Made by a program: the position numbers and the translations under genes | Part shown: piece after piece, positions 23,580-37,900 of the stretch | Numbering within the stretch: the stretch's first letter is position 1 | Layout: the number at the start of each line of letters is the position of its first letter | Notes under the pieces: generated by a model | The model's input: the letters and a program-made list of their open reading frames with translations, nothing else | Told to the model about the DNA's origin: nothing | Database searches by the model: none | Origin: Nemertoderma westbladi | Taxonomy: Eukaryota > Animalia > Xenacoelomorpha | NCBI GenBank assembly: GCA_032718475.1 | Contig: JAUCBJ010008467.1 | Span: 62,001 to 126,000 of the forward strand | Direction: 5' to 3' | Length of the DNA stretch: 64,000 nucleotides

Positions 23580-26500
23580 CCTACAATAATAACATTTGTA
23601 CTTCAATGCTATGCTCGGGCTACAATAATAATATTTGTACTTCAATGCTATGCTCGGGCTACAATAATAACATTTGTACTTCAATGCTATGCTCGGGCTC
23701 GCCCTACAATAATAACATTTGTACTTCAATGCTATGCTCGGGCTACAATAATAACATTTGTACTTCAATGCTATGCTCGGGCTACAATAATAACTTTTGT
23801 ACTTCAATGCTATGCTCGCCCTACAATAATAACATTAGTACTTCAATGCTATGCTTGGGCTACAATAATAACATTTGTACTTCAATGCTATGCTCGCCCT
23901 ACAATAATAACATTTGTACGTCAATGCTATGCTCGGGCTCGCCCTACAATAATAACATTTGTACTTCAATGCTATGCTCGGGCTACAATAATAACATTTG
24001 TACTTCAATGCTATGCTCGCCCTACAATAATAACATTTGTACTTCAATGCTATGCTCGGGCTCGCCCTACAATAATAACATTTGTACTTCAATGCTATGC
24101 TCGGGCTCGCCCTACAATAATAACATTTGTACTTCAATGCTATGCTCGGGCTACAATAATAACATTTGTACTTCAATGCTATGCTCGGGCTCGCCCTACA
24201 ATAATAACATTTGTACTTCAATGCTATGCTCGGGCTCGCCCTACAATAATAACATTTGTACTTCAATGCTATGCTCGGGCTCGCCCTACAATAATAACAT
24301 TTGTACTTCAATGCTATGCTCGGGCTCGCCCTACAATAATAACATTTGTATTTCAATGCTATGCTCGCCCTACAATAATAACATTTGTACTACAATGCTA
24401 TGCTCGGGCTCGCCCTACAATAATAACATTTGTACTTCAATGCTATGCTCGGGCTACAATAATAACATTTGTACTTCAATGCTATGCTCGCCCTACATTA
24501 ATAACATTTGTACTTCAATGCTATGCTCGCCCTACATTAATAACATTTGTACTTCAATGCTATGCTCGGGCTCGCCCTACAATAATAACATTTGTACTTC
24601 AATGCTATGCTCGCCCAACAATAATAACATTTGTACTACAATGCTATGCTCGGGCTCGCCCTACAATAATAACATTTGTACTTCAATGCTATGCTCGGGC
24701 TCGCCCTACAATAATAACATTTGTACTTCAATGCTATGCTCGCCCTACATTAATAACATTTGTAATTCAATGCTATGCTCTTCCTACAATAATAACATTT
24801 GTACTTCAATGCTATGCTCGCCCTACAATAATAACATTTGTACTTCAATGCTATGCTCGCCCTACAATAATAACATTTGTACTTCAATGCTATGCTCGCC
24901 CTACAATAATAACATTTGTACTTTAATGCTATGCTCGAGCTCGCCCTACAATAATAACATTTGTACTTCAATGCTATGCTCGGGCTACAATAATAACATT
25001 TGTACTTCAATGCTATGCTCGGGCTACAATAATAACATTTGTACTTCAATGCTATGCTCGGGCTCGCCCTACAATAATAACATTTGTACTTCAATGCTAT
25101 GCTCGGGCTACAATAATAACATTTGTACTTCAATGCTATGCTCGGGCTACAATAATAACATTTGTACTTCAATGCTATGCTCGCCCTACAATAATAACAT
25201 TTGCACTTCAATGCTATGCTCGGGCTACAATAATAACATTTGTACTTCAATGCTATGCTCGGGCTACAATAATAACATTTGTACTTCAATGCTATGCTCG
25301 GGCTACAATAATAACATTTGTACTTCAATGTTATGCTCGGGCTACAATAATAACATTTGTACTTCAATGCTATGCTTGGGCTCGCCCTACAATAATAACA
25401 TTTGTACTTCAATGCTATGCTCGGGCTACAATAATAAAATTTGTACTTCAATGCTATGCTCGGGCTACAATAATAACATTTGTACTTCAATGATATGCTC
25501 GCCCTACAATAATAACATTTGTACTTCAATGCTATGCTCGGGCTACAATAATAACATTTGTACTTCAATGCTATGCTCGGGCTACAATAATAACAATTGT
25601 ACTTCAATGCTATGCTCGGGCTACAATAATAACATTTGTACTTCAATGCTATACTCGGGCTACAATAATAACATTTGTACTTCAATGCTATGCTTGGGCT
25701 CGCCCTACAATAATAACATTTGTACTTCAATGCTATGCTCGGGCTACAATAATAAAATTTGTACTTCAATGCTATGCTCGGGCTACAATAATAACATTTG
25801 TACTTCAATGCTATGCTCGGGCTCGCCCTACAATAATAACATTTGTACTTCAATGCTATGCTCGGGCTACAATAATAACATTTGTACTTCAATGCTATGC
25901 TCGGGCTCGCCCTACAATAATAACATTTGTACTTCAATGCTATGCTCGGGCTACAATAATAACATTTGTACTTCAATGCTATGCTCGGGCTACAATAATA
26001 ACTTTTGTACTTCAATGCTATGCTCGCCCTACAATAATAACATTTGTACTTCAATGCTATGCTCGGGCTACAATAATAACATTTGTACTTCAATGCTATG
26101 CTCGGGCTACAATAATAACATTTGTACTTCAATGCTATGCTCGGGCTCGCCCTACAATAATAATATTTGTACTTCAATGCTATGCTCGGGCTACAATAAT
26201 AATATTTGTACTTCAATGCTATGCTCGGGCTACAATAATAACATTTGTACTTCAATGCTATGCTCGGGCTCGCCCTACAATAATAACATTTGTACTTCAA
26301 TGCTATGCTCGGGCTACAATAATAACATTTGTATTTCAATGCTATGCTCGGGCTCGCCCTACAATAATAACATTTGTACTTCAATGCTATGCTCGGGCTA
26401 CAATAATAACATTTGTACTTCAATGCTATGCTCGGGCTACAATAATAACATTTGTACTTCAATGCTATGCTCGCCCTACAATAATAACATTTGTACTTCA

Positions 26501-29500
26501 ATGCTATGCTCGGGCTACAATAATAACATTTGTACTTCAATGCTATGCTCGGGCTCGCCCTACAATAATAACATTTGTACTTCAATGCTATGCTCGGGCT
26601 ACAATAATAACATTTGTACTTCAATGCTATGCTCGGACTCGCCCTACAATAATAACATTTGTACTTCAATGCTATGCTCGGGCTACAATAATAACATTTG
26701 TACTTCAATGCTATGCTCGGGCTACAATAATAACATTTGTACTTCAATGCTATGCTCGGGCTACAATAATAACATTTGTACTTCAATGCTATGCTCGGGC
26801 TACAATAATAACATTTGTACTTCAATGCTATGCTCGCTCTACAATAATAACATTTGTACTTCAATGCTATGCTCGGGCTCGCCCTACAATAATAACATTT
26901 GTACTTCAATGCTATGCTCGCCCTACAATAATAACATTTGTACTTCAATGCTATGCTCGGCTCGCCCTACAATAATAACATTTGTACTTCAATGCTATGC
27001 TCGGGCTCGCCCTACAATAATAACATTTGTACTTCAATGCTATGCTCGCCCTACAATAATAACATTTGTACTTCAATGCTATGCTCGGGCTCGCCCTACA
27101 ATAATAACATTTGTACTTCAATGCTATGCTCGCCATACAATAATAACATTTGTACTTCAATGCTATGCTCGCCCTACAATAATAACATTTGTACTTCAAT
27201 GCTATGCTCGGGCTCGCCCTACAATAATAACATTTGTACTTCAATGCTATGCTCGACCTACATTAATAACATTTGTACTTCAATGCTATGCTCGCCCTAC
27301 AATAATAACATTTGTTCTTCAATGCTATGCTCGCCCTACAATAATAACATTTGTACTTCAATGCTATGCTCGGGCTCGCCCTACAATAATAACATTTGTA
27401 CTTCAATGCTATGCTCGCCCTACAATAATAACATTTGTACTTCAATGCTATGCTCGGGCTCGCCCTACAATAATAACATTTGTACTTCAATGCTATGCTT
27501 GCCCTACAATAATAACATTTGTACTTCAATGCTATGCTCGGGCTACAATAATAACATTTGTATTTCAATGCTATGCTCGGGCTACAATAATAACATTTGT
27601 ACTTCAATGCTATGCTCGGGCTACAATAATAACATTTGTACTTCAATGCTATGCTCGGGCTCGCCCTACAATAATAACATTTGTACTTCAATGCTATGCT
27701 CGGGCTACAATAATAACATTTGTACTTCAATGCTATGCTCGCCCTACAATAATAACATGTGTACTTCAATGCTATGCTCGGGCTCGCCCTACAATAATAA
27801 CATTAGTACTTCAATGCTATGCTTGGGCTACAATAATAACATTTGTACTTCAATGCTATGCTCGCCCTACAATAATAACATTTGTACGTCAATGCTATGC
27901 TCGGGCTCGCCCTACAATAATAACATTTGTACTTCAATGCTATGCTCGGGCTACAATAATAACATTTGTACTTCAATGCTATGCTCGCCCTACAATAATA
28001 ACATTTGTACTTCAATGCTATGCTCGGGCTCGCCCTACAATAATAACATTTGTACTTCAATGCTATGCTCGGGCTCGCCCTGCAATAATAACATTTGTAC
28101 TTCAATGCTATGCTCGGGCTACAATAATAACATTTGTACTTCAATGCTATGCTCGGGCTCGCCCTACAATAATAACATTTGTACTTCAATGCTATGCTCG
28201 GGCTCGCCCTACAATAATAACATTTGTACTTCAATGCTATGCTCGGGCTCGCCCTACAATAATAACATTTGTACTTCAATGCTATGCTCGGGCTCGCCCT
28301 ACAATAATAACATTTGTATTTCAATGCTATGCTCGCCCTACAATAATAACATTTGTACTACAATGCTATGCTCGGGCTCGCCCTACAATAATAACATTTG
28401 TACTTCAATGCTATGCTCGGGCTACAATAATAACATTTGTACTTCAATGCTATGCTCGCCCTACATTAATAACATTTGTACTTCAATGCTATGCTCGCCC
28501 TACATTAATAACATTTGTACTTCAATGCTATGCTCGGGCTCGCCCTACAATAATAACATTTGTACTTCAATGCTATGCTCGCCCTACAATAATAACATTT
28601 GTACTACAATGCTATGCTCGGGCTCGCCCTACAATAATAACATTTGTACTTCAATGCTATGCTCGGGCTCGCCCTACAATAATAACATTTGTACTTCAAT
28701 GCTATGCTCGCCCTACATTAATAACATTTGTAATTCAATGCTATGCTCTTCCTACAATAATAACATTTGTACTTCAATGCTATGCTCGCCCTACAATAAT
28801 AACATTTGTACTTCAATGCTATGCTCGCCCTACAATAATAACATTTGTACTTCAATGCTATGCTCGCCCTACAATAATAACATTTGTACTTTAATGCTAT
28901 GCTCGAGCTCGCCCTACAATAATAACATTTGTACTTCAATGCTATGCTCGGGCTACAATAATAACATTTGTACTTCAATGCTATGCTCGGGCTACAATAA
29001 TAACATTTGTACTTCAATGCTATGCTCGGGCTCGCCCTACAATAATAACATTTGTACTTCAATGCTATGCTCGGGCTACAATAATAACATTTGTACTTCA
29101 ATGCTATGCTTGCCCTACAATAATAACATTTGTACTTCAATGCTATGCTCGGGCTAAAATAATAACATTTGTACTTCAATGCTATACTCGGGCTACAATA
29201 ATAACTTTTGTACTTCAATGCTATGCTCGCCCTACAATAATAACATTAGTACTTCAATGCTATGCTTGGGCTACAATAATAACATTTGTACTTCAATGCT
29301 ATGCTCGGGCTACAATAATAACATTTGTACTTCAATGCTATGCTCGGGCTCGCCCTACAATAATAACATTTGTACTTCAATGCTATGCTCGGGCTACAAT
29401 AATAATATTTGTACTTCAATGCTATGCTCGGGCTACAATAATAACATTTGTACTTCAATGCTATGCTCGGGCTCGCCCTACAATAATAACATTTGTACTT

Positions 29501-32500
29501 CAATGCTATGCTCGGGCTACAATAATAACATTTGTACTTCAATGCTATGCTCGGGCTACAATAATAACTTTTGTACTTCAATGCTATGCTCGCCCTACAA
29601 TAATAACATTAGTACTTCAATGCTATGCTTGGGCTACAATAATAACATTTGTACTTCAATGCTATGCTCGCCCTACAATAATAACATTTGTACGTCAATG
29701 CTATGCTCGGGCTCGCCCTACAATAATAACATTTGTACTTCAATGCTATGCTCGGGCTACAATAATAACATTTGTACTTCAATGCTATGCTCGCCCTACA
29801 ATAATAACATTTGTACTTCAATGCTATGCTCGGGCTCGCCCTACAATAATAACATTTGTACTTCAATGCTATGCTCGGGCTCGCCCTACAATAATAACAT
29901 TTGTACTTCAATGCTATGCTCGGGCTACAATAATAACATTTGTACTTCAATGCTATGCTCGGGCTCGCCCTACAATAATAACATTTGTACTTCAATGCTA
30001 TGCTCGGGCTCGCCCTACAATAATAACATTTGTACTTCAATGCTATGCTCGGGCTCGCCCTACAATAATAACATTTGTACTTCAATGCTATGCTCGGGCT
30101 CGCCCTACAATAATAACATTTGTATTTCAATGCTATGCTCGCCCTACAATAATAACATTTGTACTACAATGCTATGCTCGGGCTCGCCCTACAATAATAA
30201 CATTTGTACTTCAATGCTATGCTCGGGCTACAATAATAACATTTGTACTTCAATGCTATGCTCGCCCTACATTAATAACATTTGTACTTCAATGCTATGC
30301 TCGCCCTACATTAATAACATTTGTACTTCAATGCTATGCTCGGGCTCGCCCTACAATAATAACATTTGTACTTCAATGCTATGCTCGCCCAACAATAATA
30401 ACATTTGTACTACAATGCTATGCTCGGGCTCGCCCTACAATAATAACATTTGTACTTCAATGCTATGCTCGGGCTCGCCCTACAATAATAACATTTGTAC
30501 TTCAATGCTATGCTCGCCCTACATTAATAACATTTGTAATTCAATGCTATGCTCTTCCTACAATAATAACATTTGTACTTCAATGCTATGCTCGCCCTAC
30601 AATAATAACATTTGTACTTCAATGCTATGCTCGCCCTACAATAATAACATTTGTACTTCAATGCTATGCTCGCCCTACAATAATAACATTTGTACTTTAA
30701 TGCTATGCTCGAGCTCGCCCTACAATAATAACATTTGTACTTCAATGCTATGCTCGGGCTACAATAATAACATTTGTACTTCAATGCTATGCTCGGGCTA
30801 CAATAATAACATTTGTACTTCAATGCTATGCTCGGGCTCGCCCTACAATAATAACATTTGTACTTCAATGCTATGCTCGGGCTACAATAATAACATTTGT
30901 ACTTCAATGCTATGCTCGGGCTACAATAATAACATTTGTACTTCAATGCTATGCTCGCCCTACAATAATAACATTTGCACTTCAATGCTATGCTCGGGCT
31001 ACAATAATAACATTTGTACTTCAATGCTATGCTCGGGCTACAATAATAACATTTGTACTTCAATGCTATGCTCGGGCTACAATAATAACATTTGTACTTC
31101 AATGTTATGCTCGGGCTACAATAATAACATTTGTACTTCAATGCTATGCTTGGGCTCGCCCTACAATAATAACATTTGTACTTCAATGCTATGCTCGGGC
31201 TACAATAATAAAATTTGTACTTCAATGCTATGCTCGGGCTACAATAATAACATTTGTACTTCAATGATATGCTCGCCCTACAATAATAACATTTGTACTT
31301 CAATGCTATGCTCGGGCTACAATAATAACATTTGTACTTCAATGCTATGCTCGGGCTACAATAATAACAATTGTACTTCAATGCTATGCTCGGGCTACAA
31401 TAATAACATTTGTACTTCAATGCTATACTCGGGCTACAATAATAACATTTGTACTTCAATGCTATGCTTGGGCTCGCCCTACAATAATAACATTTGTACT
31501 TCAATGCTATGCTCGGGCTACAATAATAAAATTTGTACTTCAATGCTATGCTCGGGCTACAATAATAACATTTGTACTTCAATGCTATGCTCGGGCTCGC
31601 CCTACAATAATAACATTTGTACTTCAATGCTATGCTCGGGCTACAATAATAACATTTGTACTTCAATGCTATGCTCGGGCTCGCCCTACAATAATAACAT
31701 TTGTACTTCAATGCTATGCTCGGGCTACAATAATAACATTTGTACTTCAATGCTATGCTCGGGCTACAATAATAACTTTTGTACTTCAATGCTATGCTCG
31801 CCCTACAATAATAACATTTGTACTTCAATGCTATGCTCGGGCTACAATAATAACATTTGTACTTCAATGCTATGCTCGGGCTACAATAATAACATTTGTA
31901 CTTCAATGCTATGCTCGGGCTCGCCCTACAATAATAATATTTGTACTTCAATGCTATGCTCGGGCTACAATAATAATATTTGTACTTCAATGCTATGCTC
32001 GGGCTACAATAATAACATTTGTACTTCAATGCTATGCTCGGGCTCGCCCTACAATAATAACATTTGTACTTCAATGCTATGCTCGGGCTACAATAATAAC
32101 ATTTGTATTTCAATGCTATGCTCGGGCTCGCCCTACAATAATAACATTTGTACTTCAATGCTATGCTCGGGCTACAATAATAACATTTGTACTTCAATGC
32201 TATGCTCGGGCTACAATAATAACATTTGTACTTCAATGCTATGCTCGCCCTACAATAATAACATTTGTACTTCAATGCTATGCTCGGGCTACAATAATAA
32301 CATTTGTACTTCAATGCTATGCTCGGGCTCGCCCTACAATAATAACATTTGTACTTCAATGCTATGCTCGGGCTACAATAATAACATTTGTACTTCAATG
32401 CTATGCTCGGACTCGCCCTACAATAATAACATTTGTACTTCAATGCTATGCTCGGGCTACAATAATAACATTTGTACTTCAATGCTATGCTCGGGCTACA

Positions 32501-34975
32501 ATAATAACATTTGTACTTCAATGCTATGCTCGGGCTACAATAATAACATTTGTACTTCAATGCTATGCTCGGGCTACAATAATAACATTTGTACTTCAAT
32601 GCTATGCTCGCTCTACAATAATAACATTTGTACTTCAATGCTATGCTCGGGCTCGCCCTACAATAATAACATTTGTACTTCAATGCTATGCTCGCCCTAC
32701 AATAATAACATTTGTACTTCAATGCTATGCTCGGCTCGCCCTACAATAATAACATTTGTACTTCAATGCTATGCTCGGGCTCGCCCTACAATAATAACAT
32801 TTGTACTTCAATGCTATGCTCGCCCTACAATAATAACATTTGTACTTCAATGCTATGCTCGGGCTCGCCCTACAATAATAACATTTGTACTTCAATGCTA
32901 TGCTCGCCATACAATAATAACATTTGTACTTCAATGCTATGCTCGCCCTACAATAATAACATTTGTACTTCAATGCTATGCTCGGGCTCGCCCTACAATA
33001 ATAACATTTGTACTTCAATGCTATGCTCGACCTACATTAATAACATTTGTACTTCAATGCTATGCTCGCCCTACAATAATAACATTTGTTCTTCAATGCT
33101 ATGCTCGCCCTACAATAATAACATTTGTACTTCAATGCTATGCTCGGGCTCGCCCTACAATAATAACATTTGTACTTCAATGCTATGCTCGCCCTACAAT
33201 AATAACATTTGTACTTCAATGCTATGCTCGGGCTCGCCCTACAATAATAACATTTGTACTTCAATGCTATGCTTGCCCTACAATAATAACATTTGTACTT
33301 CAATGCTATGCTCGGGCTACAATAATAACATTTGTATTTCAATGCTATGCTCGGGCTACAATAATAACATTTGTACTTCAATGCTATGCTCGGGCTACAA
33401 TAATAACATTTGTACTTCAATGCTATGCTCGGGCTCGCCCTACAATAATAACATTTGTACTTCAATGCTATGCTCGGGCTACAATAATAACATTTGTACT
33501 TCAATGCTATGCTCGCCCTACAATAATAACATGTGTACTTCAATGCTATGCTCGGGCTCGCCCTACAATAATAACATTAGTACTTCAATGCTATGCTTGG
33601 GCTACAATAATAACATTTGTACTTCAATGCTATGCTCGCCCTACAATAATAACATTTGTACGTCAATGCTATGCTCGGGCTCGCCCTACAATAATAACAT
33701 TTGTACTTCAATGCTATGCTCGGGCTACAATAATAACATTTGTACTTCAATGCTATGCTCGCCCTACAATAATAACATTTGTACTTCAATGCTATGCTCG
33801 GGCTCGCCCTACAATAATAACATTTGTACTTCAATGCTATGCTCGGGCTCGCCCTGCAATAATAACATTTGTACTTCAATGCTATGCTCGGGCTACAATA
33901 ATAACATTTGTACTTCAATGCTATGCTCGGGCTCGCCCTACAATAATAACATTTGTACTTCAATGCTATGCTCGGGCTCGCCCTACAATAATAACATTTG
34001 TACTTCAATGCTATGCTCGGGCTCGCCCTACAATAATAACATTTGTACTTCAATGCTATGCTCGGGCTCGCCCTACAATAATAACATTTGTATTTCAATG
34101 CTATGCTCGCCCTACAATAATAACATTTGTACTACAATGCTATGCTCGGGCTCGCCCTACAATAATAACATTTGTACTTCAATGCTATGCTCGGGCTACA
34201 ATAATAACATTTGTACTTCAATGCTATGCTCGCCCTACATTAATAACATTTGTACTTCAATGCTATGCTCGCCCTACATTAATAACATTTGTACTTCAAT
34301 GCTATGCTCGGGCTCGCCCTACAATAATAACATTTGTACTTCAATGCTATGCTCGCCCTACAATAATAACATTTGTACTACAATGCTATGCTCGGGCTCG
34401 CCCTACAATAATAACATTTGTACTTCAATGCTATGCTCGGGCTCGCCCTACAATAATAACATTTGTACTTCAATGCTATGCTCGCCCTACATTAATAACA
34501 TTTGTAATTCAATGCTATGCTCTTCCTACAATAATAACATTTGTACTTCAATGCTATGCTCGCCCTACAATAATAACATTTGTACTTCAATGCTATGCTC
34601 GCCCTACAATAATAACATTTGTACTTCAATGCTATGCTCGCCCTACAATAATAACATTTGTACTTTAATGCTATGCTCGAGCTCGCCCTACAATAATAAC
34701 ATTTGTACTTCAATGCTATGCTCGGGCTACAATAATAACATTTGTACTTCAATGCTATGCTCGGGCTACAATAATAACATTTGTACTTCAATGCTATGCT
34801 CGGGCTCGCCCTACAATAATAACATTTGTACTTCAATGCTATGCTCGGGCTACAATAATAACATTTGTACTTCAATGCTATGCTTGCCCTACAATAATAA
34901 CATTTGTACTTCAATGCTATGCTCGGGCTAAAATAATAACATTTGTACTTCAATGCTATACTCGGGCTACAATAA
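23580..34975. repeat. Higher-order tandem duplication within the satellite, period 5774 bp
   Basis: Identical ORF-track entries are offset by 5774 (24750/30524, 26938/32712, 23835/29609, 27263/33037) and share rare variants. Boundaries are approximate. Confidence 0.9.
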
Positions 34976-37900
34976 TAACATTTGTACTTCAATGCTATGC
35001 TCGCCCTACAATAATAACATTTGCACTTCAATGCTATGCTCGGGCTACAATAATAACATTTGTACTTCAATGCTATGCTCGGGCTACAATAATAACATTT
35101 GTACTTCAATGCTATGCTCGGGCTACAATAATAACATTTGTACTTCAATGCTATGCTCGGGCTACAATAATAACATTTGTATTTCAATGCTATGCTTGGG
35201 CTCGCCCTAGAATAATAACATTTGTACTTCAATGCTATGCTCGGGCTACAATAATAAAATTTGTACTTCAATGCTATGCTCGGGCTACAATAATAACATT
35301 TGTACTTCAATGCTATGCTCGGGCTCGCCCTACAATAATAACATTTGTACTTCAATGCTATGCTCGGGCTACAATAATAACATTTGTACTTCAATGCTAT
35401 GCTCGGGCTCGCCCTACAATAATAACATTTGTACTTCAATGCTATGCTCGGGCTACAATAATAACATTTGTACTTCAATGCTATGCTCGGGCTACAATAA
35501 TAACATTTGTACTTCAATGCTATGCTCGCCCTACAATAATAACATTTGTACTTCAATGCTATGCTCGGGCTACAATAATAACATTTGTACTTCAATGCTA
35601 TGCTCGGGCTCGCCCTACAATAATAACATTTGTACTTCAATGCTATGCTCGGGCTCGCCCTACAATAATAACATTTGTACTTCAATGCTATGCTCGCCAA
35701 ACATTAATAACATTTGTACTTCAATGCTATGCTCTTCCTACAATAATAACATTTGTACTTCAATGCTATGTTCGCCCTACAATAATAACATTTGTACTTC
35801 AATGCTATGCTCGCCCTACATTAATAACATTTGTACTTCAATGCTATGCTCGGGCTACAATAATAACATTTGTACTGCAATGCTATGCTCGGGCTCGCCC
35901 TACAATAATAACATTTGTACTTCAATGCTTTGCTCGGGCTACAATAATAACATTTGTACTTCAATGCTATGCTCGGGCTCGCCCTACAATAATAACATTT
36001 GTACTTCAATGCTATGCTCGGGCTACAATAATAACAGTTGTACTTCAATGCTATGCTCGCCCTACAATAATAACATTTGTACTTCTTCAATGCTATGCTC
36101 GGGCTACAATAATAACATTTGTACTTCAATGCTATGCTCGGGCTACAATAATAACATTTGTTCTTCAATGCTATACTCGCCCTACAATAATAACATTTGC
36201 ACTTCAATGCTATGCTCGAGCTACAATAATAACATTTGTACTTCAATGCTATGCTCGGGCTACAATAATAACATTTGTACTTCAATGCTATGCTCGGGCT
36301 ACTATAATAACATTTGTACTTCAATGCTATGCTCGGGCTACAATAATAACATTTGTACTTCAATGCTATGCTTGGGCTCGCCCTACAATAATAACATTTG
36401 TACTTCAATGCTATGCTCGGGCTACAATAATAAAATTTGTACTTCAATGCTATGCTCGGGCTACAATAATAACATTTGTACTTCAATGCTATGCTCGGGC
36501 TCGCCCTACAATAATAACATTTGTACTTCAATGCTATGCTCGGGCAACAATAATAACATTTGTACTTTAATGCTATGCTCGGGCTACAATAATAACATTT
36601 GTACTTCAATGCTATGCTCGGGCTACAATAATAACATTTGTACTTCAATGCTATGCTCGCCCTACAATAATAACATTTGTACTTCAATGCTATGCTCGGG
36701 CTACAATAATAACATTTGTACTTCAATGCTATGCTCGGGCTACAATAATAACATTTGTACTTCAATGCTATGCTCGCCCTACAATAATAACATTTGTACT
36801 TCAATGCTATGCTCGGGCTACAATAATAACTTTTGTACTTCAATGCTATGCTCGCCCTACAATAATAACATTTGTACTTCAATGCTATGCTCGGGCTACA
36901 ATAATAACATTTGTACTTCAATGCTATGCTCGGGCTACAATAATAACATTTGTACTTCAATGCTATGCTCGGGCTCGCCCTACAATAATAATATTTGTAC
37001 TTCAATGCTATGCTCGGGCTACAATAATAATATTTGTACTTCAATGCTATGCTCGGGCTACAATAATAACATTTGTACTTCAATGCTATCCTCGGGCTCG
37101 CCCTACAATAATAACATTTGTACTTCAATGCTATGCTCGGGCTACAATAATAACATTTGTATTTCAATGCTATGCTCGGGCTCGCCCTACAATAATAACA
37201 TTTGTACTTCAATGCTATGCTCGGCTACAATAATAACATTTGTACTTCAATGCTATGCTCGGGCTACAATAATAACATTTGTACTTCAATGCTATGCTCG
37301 CTCTACAATAATAACATTTGTACTTTAATGCTATGCTCGGGCTACAATAATAACATTTGTACTTCAATGCTATGCTCGGGCTCGCCCTACAATAATAACA
37401 TTTGTACTTCAATGCTATGCTCGGGCTACAATAATAACATTTGTACTTCAATGCTATGCTCGGGCTCGCCCTACAATAATAACATTTGTACTTCAATGCT
37501 ATGCTCGGGCTACAATAATAACATTTGTACTTCAATGCTATGCTCGGGCTACAATAATAACATTTGTACTTCAATGCTATGCTCGGGCTCGCCCTACAAT
37601 AATAACATTTGTACTTCAATGCTATGCTCGGGCTACAATAATAACATTTGTACTTCAATGCTATGCTCGCCCTACAATAATAACATTTGTACTTCAATGC
37701 TATGCTCGGGCAATAATAACATTTGTACTTCAATGCTATGCTCGGGCTACAATAATAACATTTGTACTTCAATGCTATGCTCGCTCTACAATAATAACAT
37801 TTGTACTTCAATGCTATGCTCGGGCTCGCCCTACAATAATAACATTTGTACTTCAATGCTATGCTCGCCCTACAATAATAACATTTGTACTTCAATGCTA

